A DNA stretch of 53,052 bases from Dehalococcoidia bacterium UBA6808. GTDB taxonomy: Bacteria > Chloroflexota > Dehalococcoidia > GIF9 > UBA5629. The notes under the pieces are model-generated. The model ran no database searches, was not told the DNA's origin, and was given only the letters and a program-made list of their open reading frames with translations. The stretch spans positions 1 to 53,052 of the forward strand of contig DKFA01000049.1 of the NCBI GenBank assembly GCA_002452695.1, written 5' to 3'. The first letter of the stretch is position 1. The number at the start of each line of letters is the position of its first letter. This document shows, one piece after another, positions 8,599-18,129 of the stretch. The translations under genes were made by a program, and so were the position numbers.

Positions 8599-9351
8599 AT
8601 GGAAACTATTGAAGGCAGAAACCCGGTCATGGAAGCGCTGAAAGCAGGCAGGAAGATCAGTAAGATTCTGCTGGAAAGCAATATCGAAAGACATGGTATA
8701 GTAGACCAGATTATACAACAGGCCAAAAGCGGCAACGTGCAGGTAGAGTTTGTCGACAGGAATACGCTGGAAAGGCAATGCTCGACCGGGGTTAACCAGG
8801 GCGTGGTGGCATTCGCAGCGCCAAAAAAATTACTGGAACTGGAGGATCTGCTGGAAATATCGCGTAAGAAAGAGGAGAAACCGTTTTACCTGTTGCTGGA
8901 CGGGATCGAGGACCCGCACAACCTTGGCGCTATATTGCGTACTGCAGAGGCAACAGGAATCCACGGTGTGGTTATCAGAGAGCGCAGGGCGGCAGGCATC
9001 ACTCCGGCCGTAATAAAGGCCTCGGCGGGGGCTGTGGAATATGTGCCCGTGGCGCAGGTCAATAACATTTCACAGGCCATTATCAGGCTTAAAAAGAACA
9101 ATGTCTGGGTAATCGGCATCGATATGGCCGGCACCGTTGAATATACGAAGGTCGATTACACGCTACCGACGGCCATAGTGATAGGCGGGGAAGGAAAAGG
9201 CCTGTCCGATCTGGCGGCCAGGCGCTGCGACACGCTGGCCGTGATACCAATGGTGGGCAGGATATCTTCGCTGAACGCCTCAGTAGCAGCGGCTGTCGTT
9301 ATGTATGAGGCATTAAGGCAGCGCGGCCGCTATCAGCCTTCCTTGATGTAG
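8599..9351 (+). CDS. rlmB: TrmH/SpoU-family 23S rRNA (guanosine-2'-O)-methyltransferase RlmB-like
   Basis: The N-terminal SpoU substrate-binding region is IEGRNPVMEALKAG. SpoU motifs are DGIEDPHNLGAILRTA, IGGEGKGL and SLNASVAAAV. I prefer the ATG at 8599 to the TTG at 8551. Confidence 0.85.
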   Translation: METIEGRNPVMEALKAGRKISKILLESNIERHGIVDQIIQQAKSGNVQVEFVDRNTLERQCSTGVNQGVVAFAAPKKLLELEDLLEISRKKEEKPFYLLLDGIEDPHNLGAILRTAEATGIHGVVIRERRAAGITPAVIKASAGAVEYVPVAQVNNISQAIIRLKKNNVWVIGIDMAGTVEYTKVDYTLPTAIVIGGEGKGLSDLAARRCDTLAVIPMVGRISSLNASVAAAVVMYEALRQRGRYQPSLM

Positions 9352-10250
9352 GCAAAGACCGTTTTGCCGGCGGTTGCGCCATCGCCGACCGCAGTGGCCA
9401 CCTGGCGGGCGGAGTTGCGCCTGATATCGCCGGCGGCGAATAGTCCCGGCACCTTCGTCCTCATTAAATCGTCTGTAACAATATTGCCGGCTTCATCAAG
9501 TTCGACAAGGCCCTTGAACAGGCTGTTGTTGGGGATGAAACCGATAGCGACGAATACACCTTCAACAACGAGGTCGGAGAGTTCACCGGTTTTGGTACTT
9601 TTAACTATTAGCTTGGAGACCTTATCTTCGCCCTCAATTTTCCAGATGACGGAATCCCAGACGAACTCGATTTTGGGGATGGAGAAGGCGACTTTCTGCA
9701 ATGCCTGCGTGGCCCTGAGCTCATGGCGCCTGTGTACGACATAGACCTTGCTGCAGTTCTGGCTAAGCTCGAGGGCGTCGGAAATGGCCGTATCGCCGCC
9801 GCCTATCACAGCGACATCCTTATTCTTGAAAAGGAAACCATCGCAGGTGGCGCAGTAGGAAACACCGCGGCCGGCAAGATTCTCCTCGCCGGGCACACCC
9901 AGTTTGCGGTAGTTGGAGCCGCTGGCAATTACAACTGCTTTAGCCTCGATCTCATCATCATTGGTCGAGATCAGGAAGGTCCTGCCTGTATGCTTGAAGG
10001 CTGTGACCTCGGAGGTTATAGTGCTGAGGCCGAACCTGGTGGACTGCTCATAAAACATCTGTCCCAGGTCCATGCCTGAAACGCCGTGGGGAAAACCGGG
10101 ATAGTTCTCGACGCGCCCGGCATTGACGATCTGGCCGCCGTACATGCCGCGTTCGATCAAAACAGTATTCAGCCCGTACCTGGATGCATAGAGTCCCGCG
10201 GTCAATCCGGCCGGGCCGCCGCCGATGATTGCTACCTCATAATTCTGCAT
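9333..10250 (-). CDS. trxB: Thioredoxin-disulfide reductase
   Basis: FAD motif GGGPAGLTAG, redox-active CATCDG, NADPH motif VIGGGDTA. Length is 305 aa. Its 3' end overlaps the convergent rlmB by 19 bp. Confidence 0.9.
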   Translation of the reverse strand: MQNYEVAIIGGGPAGLTAGLYASRYGLNTVLIERGMYGGQIVNAGRVENYPGFPHGVSGMDLGQMFYEQSTRFGLSTITSEVTAFKHTGRTFLISTNDDEIEAKAVVIASGSNYRKLGVPGEENLAGRGVSYCATCDGFLFKNKDVAVIGGGDTAISDALELSQNCSKVYVVHRRHELRATQALQKVAFSIPKIEFVWDSVIWKIEGEDKVSKLIVKSTKTGELSDLVVEGVFVAIGFIPNNSLFKGLVELDEAGNIVTDDLMRTKVPGLFAAGDIRRNSARQVATAVGDGATAGKTVFAYIKEG

Positions 10251-10279
10251 GTTACCTCCATAAAATAGTAGACATAATA

Positions 10280-11227
10280 TTATTTTCGGCTATGGTATTT
10301 CTGGTAGACCTCTTTGAGGCGCTTATTGGTTACATGGGTATAGACCTGCGTGGTGCGGATGCTTTCATGGCCGAGCATTTCCTGCACGGAGCGCAGGTCG
10401 GCGCCGCCGATCAGCAGGTCGGTGGCAAAGGAATGCCTGAGCGTATGGGGATGAGCGTCGATGGGCAATCCTGCCATTTTGGAGTATTTTTTAACGATCC
10501 TTTCGACAGATCGCGCAGTTAAACGCATTTTTTCACCGGATTTTTCCATAGTCCTTCTACCACCATAGCGGATAAAAAGTGGTAAAAAGTTGTCTTTACG
10601 CGCTTTAAGATAGCGGTCGATCCATTCGGCTGCGGTATCCGAGAGGAAAACAACACGAATCTTATTGCCCTTTCCGCGCACCCCGAACTCTTTGCGCTCC
10701 AGGCTGACCTGGTCTCGGTTCAATTTAACAAGTTCGGAAACCCGGAGGCCGGTGCTGAAGAGAGTTTCGAGGATGGTACGGTCCCTCAGGCCGATTTCAT
10801 CAGAAATCCGAGGGCTGTTAAGCAGACGGTTCAGTTGCTCAGAATTAAGAAAACTGACCATGCGCGGGCTGGATTTTGGCAGGTCGATCTTGTCGGGATG
10901 CAACGTAGAAATGTCGCGTTTAACGTTTAAATAACGTAAAAAAGAACGGAGGGCGACAATATGGTAGGTCTGCGTATTCTTATTCAAGGTCCTGCCGTTG
11001 GCATTGCGAAATGTGGCCAAAAATATACGAAACTGCCGGACGGACTCAAGATTGATGGAATCAGGGAAAAGCGGAATTTTGTTCTGTTCCAGCCAATCAT
11101 GAAAACGGTAAAGATAATGCTGATATTCCTTAATTGTAAGCTGAGAGAGTGATTTTTCAATCAGCATGTATTCCAGGAAATCGCCGATGAGCGATTTGAG
11201 TCGAGAAATGCTTTTATTATCAATCAT
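10280..11227 (-). CDS. Tyrosine recombinase, XerC/XerD family
   Basis: Catalytic signature: R (TGLRVSEL), K (GKGNKIR), HxxR (HTLRHSFA), H...Y (LGHESIRTTQVYTHV). I prefer the ATG at 11227 (MIDNK...) to the TTG at 11254. Confidence 0.85.
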   Translation of the reverse strand: MIDNKSISRLKSLIGDFLEYMLIEKSLSQLTIKEYQHYLYRFHDWLEQNKIPLFPDSINLESVRQFRIFLATFRNANGRTLNKNTQTYHIVALRSFLRYLNVKRDISTLHPDKIDLPKSSPRMVSFLNSEQLNRLLNSPRISDEIGLRDRTILETLFSTGLRVSELVKLNRDQVSLERKEFGVRGKGNKIRVVFLSDTAAEWIDRYLKARKDNFLPLFIRYGGRRTMEKSGEKMRLTARSVERIVKKYSKMAGLPIDAHPHTLRHSFATDLLIGGADLRSVQEMLGHESIRTTQVYTHVTNKRLKEVYQKYHSRK

Positions 11228-11282
11228 GTTTCTATTATAATCCAACACTGACAATGTCGTAAAAGTTACAGTTTACGACATA

Positions 11283-11927
11283 TTAGCTTATTGTAAAAGA
11301 TAGCGGTTGAATGTTTTGCAAGCAATAACTAATAAAGCATTCTTGAGTCATGCATTTCATAGTACCCTTCATGATGTCTGCTTGCCTTTGTGAAATTACC
11401 CTGTCTATTTGCGATTGCGAAAACTTTCCGCCTGTTACGACGAAAAATAAAATGTAAGGAAAATCAATATATTTCTTTAATTTGGCGTTAAGATTACCTG
11501 TAATTCCGTGAATTGTGGATGTATTGAATATCTCAACCGCAAAGTTAGGTTTAGCATATATATAAAAGTCCAATCTGTTCAATCCCTCGCCATATCGCTT
11601 TTCTTCATGAACACATATTTCGCCATATCGTTCAATCAGAAATCTGCCAATAGTATGCTCACCTTCTAATGAAAGCTTACCAGCTTTTTTCCACAACGCT
11701 TTTCTATGTTCTCCTTCACCATAACTTGTAAAATTAATATTGAGCTTTTTTCGAAGATTCTGAATACCACCAAACTTTAATTGTATTAGACGTGAAGTAC
11801 ATAGATAGGGACATGAATCGATTTCGAGAGCACTGGGATAATGGCCATTTTCAGCAAAAAATCTGTCAAATGCTTTCCCCAATAGAGGCAATGCCCATTC
11901 GCTCTGATTTACCTTGCGTGCACTCAT
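11283..11927 (-). CDS. Hypothetical protein, possible restriction-endonuclease-fold (DUF559/Vsr-like) nuclease; AT-rich gene
   Basis: The ATG at 11927 overlaps the hflX stop (ATGA) and AGGAG lies 11 nt upstream. The segment RLDFYIYAKPNFAVEIFN resembles the D...(E/V)E core of DUF559-type nucleases. GC content is visibly lower than in neighbouring genes. Confidence 0.5.
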   Translation of the reverse strand: MSARKVNQSEWALPLLGKAFDRFFAENGHYPSALEIDSCPYLCTSRLIQLKFGGIQNLRKKLNINFTSYGEGEHRKALWKKAGKLSLEGEHTIGRFLIERYGEICVHEEKRYGEGLNRLDFYIYAKPNFAVEIFNTSTIHGITGNLNAKLKKYIDFPYILFFVVTGGKFSQSQIDRVISQRQADIMKGTMKCMTQECFISYCLQNIQPLSFTIS

Positions 11928-13048
11928 CCCAGCATCTCCTCTATTTTGCTCAGCAGCCCATCCATATTCCAATTTTTGTGGGCCGATACCATAACGGTCA
12001 TTTCAGCTGCTGTTGGAATGGAAAGAGCGATATCGCGTGCTTCGGAAAAATCGTTGACCAGCAGGTCAATTTTGTTGATAACGGTCAAGCGTAATTTATC
12101 AGATAGGTTGAGGCCATGCAAGATATCCTCAACCGTCCGGCTCTGATTGACCGCTTCACGGCTGGTGATATCGACGACATGCAGTAAAAGATCTGCTTCC
12201 TCCAGTTCCTCAAGCGTGGCTCGGAAGGCTGCGACAATGAGAGTCGGAAGCTTGTGTATGAAGCCTACAGTGTCGGTCAGCAGGATAGTTCTACCGCCGG
12301 GAAGCCTCATACGCCGCGTTACAGGATCAAGTGTGGAGAACAGTTTATTCTCGGACAGGACGCTGGACTGACAAATGGCATTTAGCAGGGTGCTTTTGCC
12401 TGCGTTGGTATAGCCGACCAGGGCCACCAGTGGCGTGCTGGATTTCTGTCTCTTACGGCGGTAAAGTTCGCGGTGTTTGCGGACGTCCTCGATCTGCTTT
12501 TTTATTTTGTTGATGCGGTTGCGGATGAGGCGGCGGTCTGTTTCTATCTGCGATTCGCCAGGACCTCTGGTGCCTATTCCTCCTCCCAGACGTTCCAGAT
12601 GGCTCCACTGACCGGCCAGACGCGGCAGTATATACTGGTGCTGGGCCAGTTCCACCTGTAGCTTACCTTCGCTGGTACGGGCGCTGCGGGCGAAGATATC
12701 GAGGATGAGAGCGGTGCGGTCAATGACCTTGATCTTGAGAGCATCCTCGAGTTCACGTTGCTGACGGGGCGCAAGCTCATCGTTGACAATGACGGTATCG
12801 TAATGAAGCTCCTGTTTAAGCTCAATAAGCTCTTGAAGTTTGCCAGAGCCGAGATAGTGGGTGGAGGACGGCCTATCCATCTTCTGGGACAGGCTTCCCA
12901 CTACCTGAGCGCCGGCTGTTATGGCCAGTTGATCAAGCTCCTTGATGGAACTTTCGATAGACCAACCGTCGCTGTCCCGCTTGCTATCCACACCGACCAG
13001 AATAGCACGCTCCTTATTTTGCTCCGTGTTTATGATTTCCCTGGTCAT
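11924..13048 (-). CDS. hflX: GTPase HflX
   Basis: It has an HflX N-domain and G motifs GYTNAGKST, DTVGF and NKID. I prefer the start at M39 of the ORF (13048), which lies 16 nt after the dapL stop. Confidence 0.9.
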   Translation of the reverse strand: MTREIINTEQNKERAILVGVDSKRDSDGWSIESSIKELDQLAITAGAQVVGSLSQKMDRPSSTHYLGSGKLQELIELKQELHYDTVIVNDELAPRQQRELEDALKIKVIDRTALILDIFARSARTSEGKLQVELAQHQYILPRLAGQWSHLERLGGGIGTRGPGESQIETDRRLIRNRINKIKKQIEDVRKHRELYRRKRQKSSTPLVALVGYTNAGKSTLLNAICQSSVLSENKLFSTLDPVTRRMRLPGGRTILLTDTVGFIHKLPTLIVAAFRATLEELEEADLLLHVVDITSREAVNQSRTVEDILHGLNLSDKLRLTVINKIDLLVNDFSEARDIALSIPTAAEMTVMVSAHKNWNMDGLLSKIEEMLG

Positions 13049-13064
13049 AGAATCTGAAAAAATA

Positions 13065-14225
13065 CTATTGTTTAAGAGATAGCAGACGCCTGAGACCTTC
13101 GTCAAACCGGGCATCAGATTGTGTAAGGGAAATGCGGATGTATCCCTCGCCGGACAGTCCATAACCGGTACCGGGAGTAACGGCGACGCCCACTTTGTCC
13201 AGCAATTCTGTTACGTAGCTAACGGATGTGTGGCCCTCAGGAACTCTGGCCCAGATGTAAAATGAAGCTTTGGGCTTGAGCGCCTTTAATCCAATTTGCT
13301 GCAGGATGTCAAACATTTTATCGCGGCGTGCTTGAAGAACCATGCTGCGGGCATTGATACCATCCTGTGGACCCAGCAGCGCCTCGATAGCAGCCTCTTG
13401 AATGGCCTGAGGTATGCCTGAATCGAGGTTAGATTTAAAGCGGAAAAGAGCGTCGACAAGGGTGTGGTTGCCCACACACATACCAATTCTCCAGCCGGTC
13501 ATATTAAAGGTCTTGGATAGAGAGTGGAACTCGACTCCTACTTCTTTGGCACCAGGCGCTTCGAGGAAACTATGCGGTTTATATCCGTCAAAAGCCACCT
13601 CGGTATAAGGGGCATCATGGCAGACTGCGATATTATGCTTGCGGGCAAAATCAACTACCTTCTGGAAAAAGGGCAGTTCAGCTACTGCTCCGGTGGGGTT
13701 GTTGGGGTAACAGAGCCAAAGCACTTTGGCCTTTTGCAGGACGTCCGCCGGTATAGTTTCGAGATCGGGGAGGAAGTCGTTCCGCTCAGTCAACGGCAGA
13801 TAATGCACTTCGCCGCCGGCCAGCAGGCTGCTGACGGAATAAACCGGATAGCCGGGGTCAGGGACAAGAGCGACATCCCCCGGGTCCAGCAGGCAGAAGG
13901 ACATATGCCCGATACCTTCCTTGGAACCGATGAGAGGCAGGACTTCTTTGGCCGGATCAAGATCAACGTTGAAACGTCTTTTGTACCATGTAGCGATGGC
14001 CAAGCAAAGCTCAGGCTGGCCCAAAGTCTCGGGATAGCGATGGTTGACCGGGTTATGGGCCGACTTGCACAATCGCTCAATGATATAATCCGGCGTAGGC
14101 AGGTCGGGATCGCCAATGGCAAAGCTGATTATGTCAATTCCCTGCGCTTTCTTTTCGGCGATTTTTTTATTTATTGCAACAAACAGATATGGCGGTATTT
14201 TGTCCAGACGCCTTGCTAAGTTCAT
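13065..14225 (-). CDS. dapL: LL-diaminopimelate aminotransferase (DapL-type class I aminotransferase)
   Basis: The N-terminus is LDKIPPYLFVAINKK and the PLP-Lys motif is SLSKTFNMTGWR. It is translationally coupled to dapF by a 4-nt overlap. Confidence 0.8.
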   Translation of the reverse strand: MNLARRLDKIPPYLFVAINKKIAEKKAQGIDIISFAIGDPDLPTPDYIIERLCKSAHNPVNHRYPETLGQPELCLAIATWYKRRFNVDLDPAKEVLPLIGSKEGIGHMSFCLLDPGDVALVPDPGYPVYSVSSLLAGGEVHYLPLTERNDFLPDLETIPADVLQKAKVLWLCYPNNPTGAVAELPFFQKVVDFARKHNIAVCHDAPYTEVAFDGYKPHSFLEAPGAKEVGVEFHSLSKTFNMTGWRIGMCVGNHTLVDALFRFKSNLDSGIPQAIQEAAIEALLGPQDGINARSMVLQARRDKMFDILQQIGLKALKPKASFYIWARVPEGHTSVSYVTELLDKVGVAVTPGTGYGLSGEGYIRISLTQSDARFDEGLRRLLSLKQ

Positions 14226-15067
14226 AACTGGTAAACCCCCGAAAAAACTTCTTCAACCGGGCCCTTGAGGAAAACATCGGACTTGCCGTCCCATGATATG
14301 GTCAGGGTACCACCCGGCAACATTATGTCAACATCATTCTTAGAAATATGCTTGAGCCGGCTGATAACTGCCGTAGCGCAGGCGCCGCTGCCGCAGGCCA
14401 GCGTCTCACCGACTCCGCGCTCCCAGACACGCACGCGAAGTTTTGTGTTGTTAACAACATTTACTATCTCAAAGTTGGTGCGCTGGGGGAAGATCTCGTT
14501 GCGTTCAACCAAAGGACCGATCTCGGAAAGAGGGAATTCCTCTATACTTTCTTCGATAAAGCAGACAGCATGGGGGTTGCCCATGGAGACCGCCGAGATG
14601 GTCAGCGTATGATGCCCGGCCTTGATTACCTGGTCCAGCACCGGCTCTTTAACAGCGAGCGCGATAGGTATGGCGGCAGCGTTAAGCAGAGGTTTGCCCA
14701 TATTGACCCTGGCGCTTACGACTTTTTCTCTGATTGAAGTAGTCTCGATAAGTTTGATTCCTGCGGGGGTCTCTACTGAGAGGTTTGGCCCCGGGACGAT
14801 CTTGCGATCAATAGTATATTTGGCCAAGCAACGTAGTCCGTTCCCACAGATCTGTGCCTCCGAGCCGTCTGGATTAAAAATACGCATCCTCAGGTCTGCC
14901 TGTGAGGAACTCATGATCAGGATGAGGCCGTCGGCGCCGATGCCGAAATGCGGTCGACAGCTCCTGACGGCGATATCAGCCCAGTCCAGTTCAAGAGACC
15001 TGGCATCGACCATGATAAAGTCATTGCCGGTGGCCTGCATTTTGCTGAATTCAAGTAATTTACTCAT
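14222..15067 (-). CDS. dapF: Diaminopimelate epimerase
   Basis: Both catalytic Cys motifs are present (ICGNGLRC and LACGSGACA). The N-terminus is FSKMQATGNDF. Confidence 0.9.
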   Translation of the reverse strand: MSKLLEFSKMQATGNDFIMVDARSLELDWADIAVRSCRPHFGIGADGLILIMSSSQADLRMRIFNPDGSEAQICGNGLRCLAKYTIDRKIVPGPNLSVETPAGIKLIETTSIREKVVSARVNMGKPLLNAAAIPIALAVKEPVLDQVIKAGHHTLTISAVSMGNPHAVCFIEESIEEFPLSEIGPLVERNEIFPQRTNFEIVNVVNNTKLRVRVWERGVGETLACGSGACATAVISRLKHISKNDVDIMLPGGTLTISWDGKSDVFLKGPVEEVFSGVYQL

Positions 15068-16002
15068 AGCGGTTCCACGTTGTCGAGAAATGTCTTAATA
15101 GTGTAGATTATATCATCCCTGTTGTCATTTTTATGGGTAGTTGCCTGAAACCATCGGATACGCTCATCATTGAGGTGGAACCAGGCATATTGGCTGCGCG
15201 CGAAACGGTGCGTCTCAAATTTAATTCTGGCTATGGCATCCGCAAGATCTATTTTTCCGAAAAGAAAAGATGATATCTCTCTGTAGCCAAGGCTGGACAT
15301 GGAAGGAAGACCGGGGCTGTAGCCCATTTCAAGCAAATTTTTCACTTCATCTATGAATCCCTTCTCAATCATCCTTTCGACCCTTTCATCGATAAGGCGA
15401 TAGAGGTTTTCCCTCCCCGTTGTCAGCCCAAGGATGAGCACGGGGTAATCCACCCCGGTCTTAAGCTGCAATTCGGATGGTTTACGTCCCGTTTCTTTAT
15501 ATATTTCCAGAGCGCGGATAATGCGCCTGAGGTTATGTGGGTCCATCCTGGAGGCAGCAAGCGGATCAAGCTGCTCAAGCTCTTTGAAGAGAGCCTCAGT
15601 ACCGGTTTCAGCGGCCCGGGACTGCATTGTGCGACGGTATTCGATGTCCGGCGGGACCTGCGGTACCTGCCAGCCTTCGATAATGGACCAGATGTATTGC
15701 CCGCTACCGCCGATTAGAAGAGGCAACCTGTTATGCGACTGGATACAGGCTATCGCTGCCCGGGCGGCCTGCTGGTAAAGCGCGAGGCTGTAAACCTGGT
15801 CGGGCAGAATTATATCCAACAGGTGGTGAGGGATACGCTGCCTGTCCTCAATTGGAGGCTTGGCAGTGCCTATATCCATATACCTGTAAATCTGACGGCT
15901 ATCGGCATTGACGATCTCTGCGGGGAAAACTTCCGCTATAAGGCAGCCCAATTGGCTCTTGCCGACTGCCGTAGGCCCGACAATGGCGACAAGGACTTTC
16001 AT
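15064..16002 (-). CDS. miaA: tRNA dimethylallyltransferase
   Basis: P-loop GPTAVGKS, then DSRQIYRYMDIGTAKP. Confidence 0.9.
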   Translation of the reverse strand: MKVLVAIVGPTAVGKSQLGCLIAEVFPAEIVNADSRQIYRYMDIGTAKPPIEDRQRIPHHLLDIILPDQVYSLALYQQAARAAIACIQSHNRLPLLIGGSGQYIWSIIEGWQVPQVPPDIEYRRTMQSRAAETGTEALFKELEQLDPLAASRMDPHNLRRIIRALEIYKETGRKPSELQLKTGVDYPVLILGLTTGRENLYRLIDERVERMIEKGFIDEVKNLLEMGYSPGLPSMSSLGYREISSFLFGKIDLADAIARIKFETHRFARSQYAWFHLNDERIRWFQATTHKNDNRDDIIYTIKTFLDNVEPL

Positions 16003-16763
16003 CCTGAGGCCTTTGCCGCGGCGGTCTGCCTGAAGATATCGACGAATTCAGTTGCCTTGAGGCTGGCGCCGCCGACCAGACCGCCGTCAATCTCCGGTTC
16101 ACGCATAAACTCGGAAATATTCGACGCTGTGACACTGCCTCCATAAAGGATGCGCACTGAATTTGCAGTCTCTCTGTTCCAGGCTGAGGCAAGAGTTTCC
16201 CGGATGAAGCCGATGGTTTTCCCGGCCTGCGATCCTGTGGCTGCCCTGCCCGTGCCGATAGCCCAGATAGGCTCATAGGCCAGCACCAGGTCGGGGGAAG
16301 GCGCAATGTTTTTCAGCCCCAGCATCACCTGTCGTTCAAGTACTGCGTTGGTACTGCCGGATTCGTTTTCTTCCAGTGTCTCACCAATGCACATGATAGG
16401 TTTCAGCCCGGCCACAAAGGCAGCCCTGACCTTTTCATTGACAATGGCATCGGTTTCGCAAAAATGCTGACGGCGCTCCGAGTGCCCGAGGATAACATAC
16501 TTGCAAAGGCCTGTCAGCATGAGTGGAGATATTTCACCGGTAAAAGCGCCCTTATCTTTGAAATACATATTCTGTGCACCCAACCCGACAGTGGTTCCTT
16601 CCAATACCTGTCTGATTGCGCTGAGTGAGACGAACGGTGGACAGATCACCTTCTCTACAGTATCGTATTTCACCAGGCCGGCCAGCATCTCCCTGACAAG
16701 GGAAACAGCCTCCGGGACCGTTGTATTCATCTTCCAGTTGCCGGCAATCAAAGCTTTGCGCAT
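15999..16763 (-). CDS. tpiA: Triose-phosphate isomerase
   Basis: AGNWKMN (Lys), GHSERR (His) and YEPIWAIGTG (Glu) are all present. Confidence 0.93.
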   Translation of the reverse strand: MRKALIAGNWKMNTTVPEAVSLVREMLAGLVKYDTVEKVICPPFVSLSAIRQVLEGTTVGLGAQNMYFKDKGAFTGEISPLMLTGLCKYVILGHSERRQHFCETDAIVNEKVRAAFVAGLKPIMCIGETLEENESGSTNAVLERQVMLGLKNIAPSPDLVLAYEPIWAIGTGRAATGSQAGKTIGFIRETLASAWNRETANSVRILYGGSVTASNISEFMREPEIDGGLVGGASLKATEFVDIFRQTAAAKASG

Positions 16764-16787
16764 TTTATACCTCTTAAAATATTTTAA

Positions 16788-17978
16788 CTATTCGTCTAAC
16801 AGAACTGCTACGCCGGGCAAAGTTTTACCTTCCAGAAAATTCATGCTGGCGCCGCCGCCGGTTGAAACATGCGTCATCTTGAAAGCGAGATTCATCTCGG
16901 TAACGATTTCAGCGGTGGAACCTCCTCCAACCACGGTGGTGGCATTGAGGTTAGCCAGCAGCTCGGCCATCTTTTTGGTACCGCGTGAAAAGGCAGGTAT
17001 TTCATAAACACCCATAGGGCCGTTCCAGAATATGGTGCGGCACTTCTTCAGTTCTTCAGTAAAGAGCTCGATTGTCTGCGGCCCTATATCGACTATGTAT
17101 TTACCCGAAGGGACCATGGAAATGGGAGCAATGGCGAACCTGGACTGCTCATCAACGGAATCTGCCACAATGACATCGAGAGGTAGCAGCAAGGAGATGT
17201 TGTTCTTTTTGGCTGCGGCAATAAGTTGATTGGCCAGTTCCTTCTTATCAACTTCTACGGTGGAGGCGCCTGTACCAAAGCCTTGAGCGTTCAGGAAGGT
17301 GGCAGCCATACCACCGCCAATCAGTAGCACATCGACCTTATCCATCATGTTGTTGATCAGCTTGATCTTGTCACTGACCTTGGCGCCTCCCAGCAGAGCG
17401 GCAAAAGGATGCTGGGCATTGGTAAGCAAATTGCCCAGGATGCGCAATTCCTTCTCAAGCAGAAGACCGGCATAAGCGGGCAAGAATTTGGCAACGCCAT
17501 ACGTGGAGGCGTGAGCACGGTGAGCGGTGCCAAAGGCGTCGTCAACGTAGATATCAGCATTCTCTGCCAACTCACCGGCGAAGGTTGGATCATTGGCCTC
17601 TTCTTCGGGATGAAAACGAAGATTTTCCAAAAGCAGTATCTCGCCGTTTTTCAATTTGCCTACGGCCTGTTTGACCTTGGGGCCGACGCAATCAGAGACG
17701 GTATAAATTGGCATATTGATCAACTGTGAGAGCCGTTCAGCAATGGGCGTCATGCGCATGGATTCGATAACTTTGCCGCCGGGTCTGCCGAGGTGAGAGC
17801 AAAGTATGATTCTGGCTTTATGCTCAAGCAGGTACCAGATGGTGGGCAGCGCAGCGATGATGCGGCTGTCATCCATGATCTCGTTGGTTTTGGGGTCCAT
17901 GGGAACGTTGAAATCAACTCTGACCAGCACCCTTTTTCCTGTAACCTCTACATCACGGATACTTTTTTTCATCGACAA
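16788..17978 (-). CDS. pgk: Phosphoglycerate kinase
   Basis: RVDFNVP, SHLGRP and the C-terminal STGGGA motifs are present. Length is 396 aa, and GAGGAG lies upstream. Confidence 0.95.
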   Translation of the reverse strand: MSMKKSIRDVEVTGKRVLVRVDFNVPMDPKTNEIMDDSRIIAALPTIWYLLEHKARIILCSHLGRPGGKVIESMRMTPIAERLSQLINMPIYTVSDCVGPKVKQAVGKLKNGEILLLENLRFHPEEEANDPTFAGELAENADIYVDDAFGTAHRAHASTYGVAKFLPAYAGLLLEKELRILGNLLTNAQHPFAALLGGAKVSDKIKLINNMMDKVDVLLIGGGMAATFLNAQGFGTGASTVEVDKKELANQLIAAAKKNNISLLLPLDVIVADSVDEQSRFAIAPISMVPSGKYIVDIGPQTIELFTEELKKCRTIFWNGPMGVYEIPAFSRGTKKMAELLANLNATTVVGGGSTAEIVTEMNLAFKMTHVSTGGGASMNFLEGKTLPGVAVLLDE

Positions 17979-18129
17979 TATTCTCCTCTACTCAGCTCTT
18001 ACGTAGCCTTTTTAATAATGAGTTGCATGGGCTAATTATGGTTGAGTATATCCAATAGAACTTATTTGTTCAAGATAACAACGAGGGCTGTTTATTTTTA
18101 TGGCAGATAGGATTAAACTGTAGCATAAT

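Noticed and set aside
9333-9351. The 19-bp overlap of the convergent rlmB and trxB 3' ends, and the zero-nt spacing of convergent lexA and the ACD-like gene (21656/21657), as possible antisense regulation.
   Set aside because: Compact convergent gene ends are common in streamlined genomes. There is no additional sequence structure (hairpin or conserved motif) to support a specific regulatory role.
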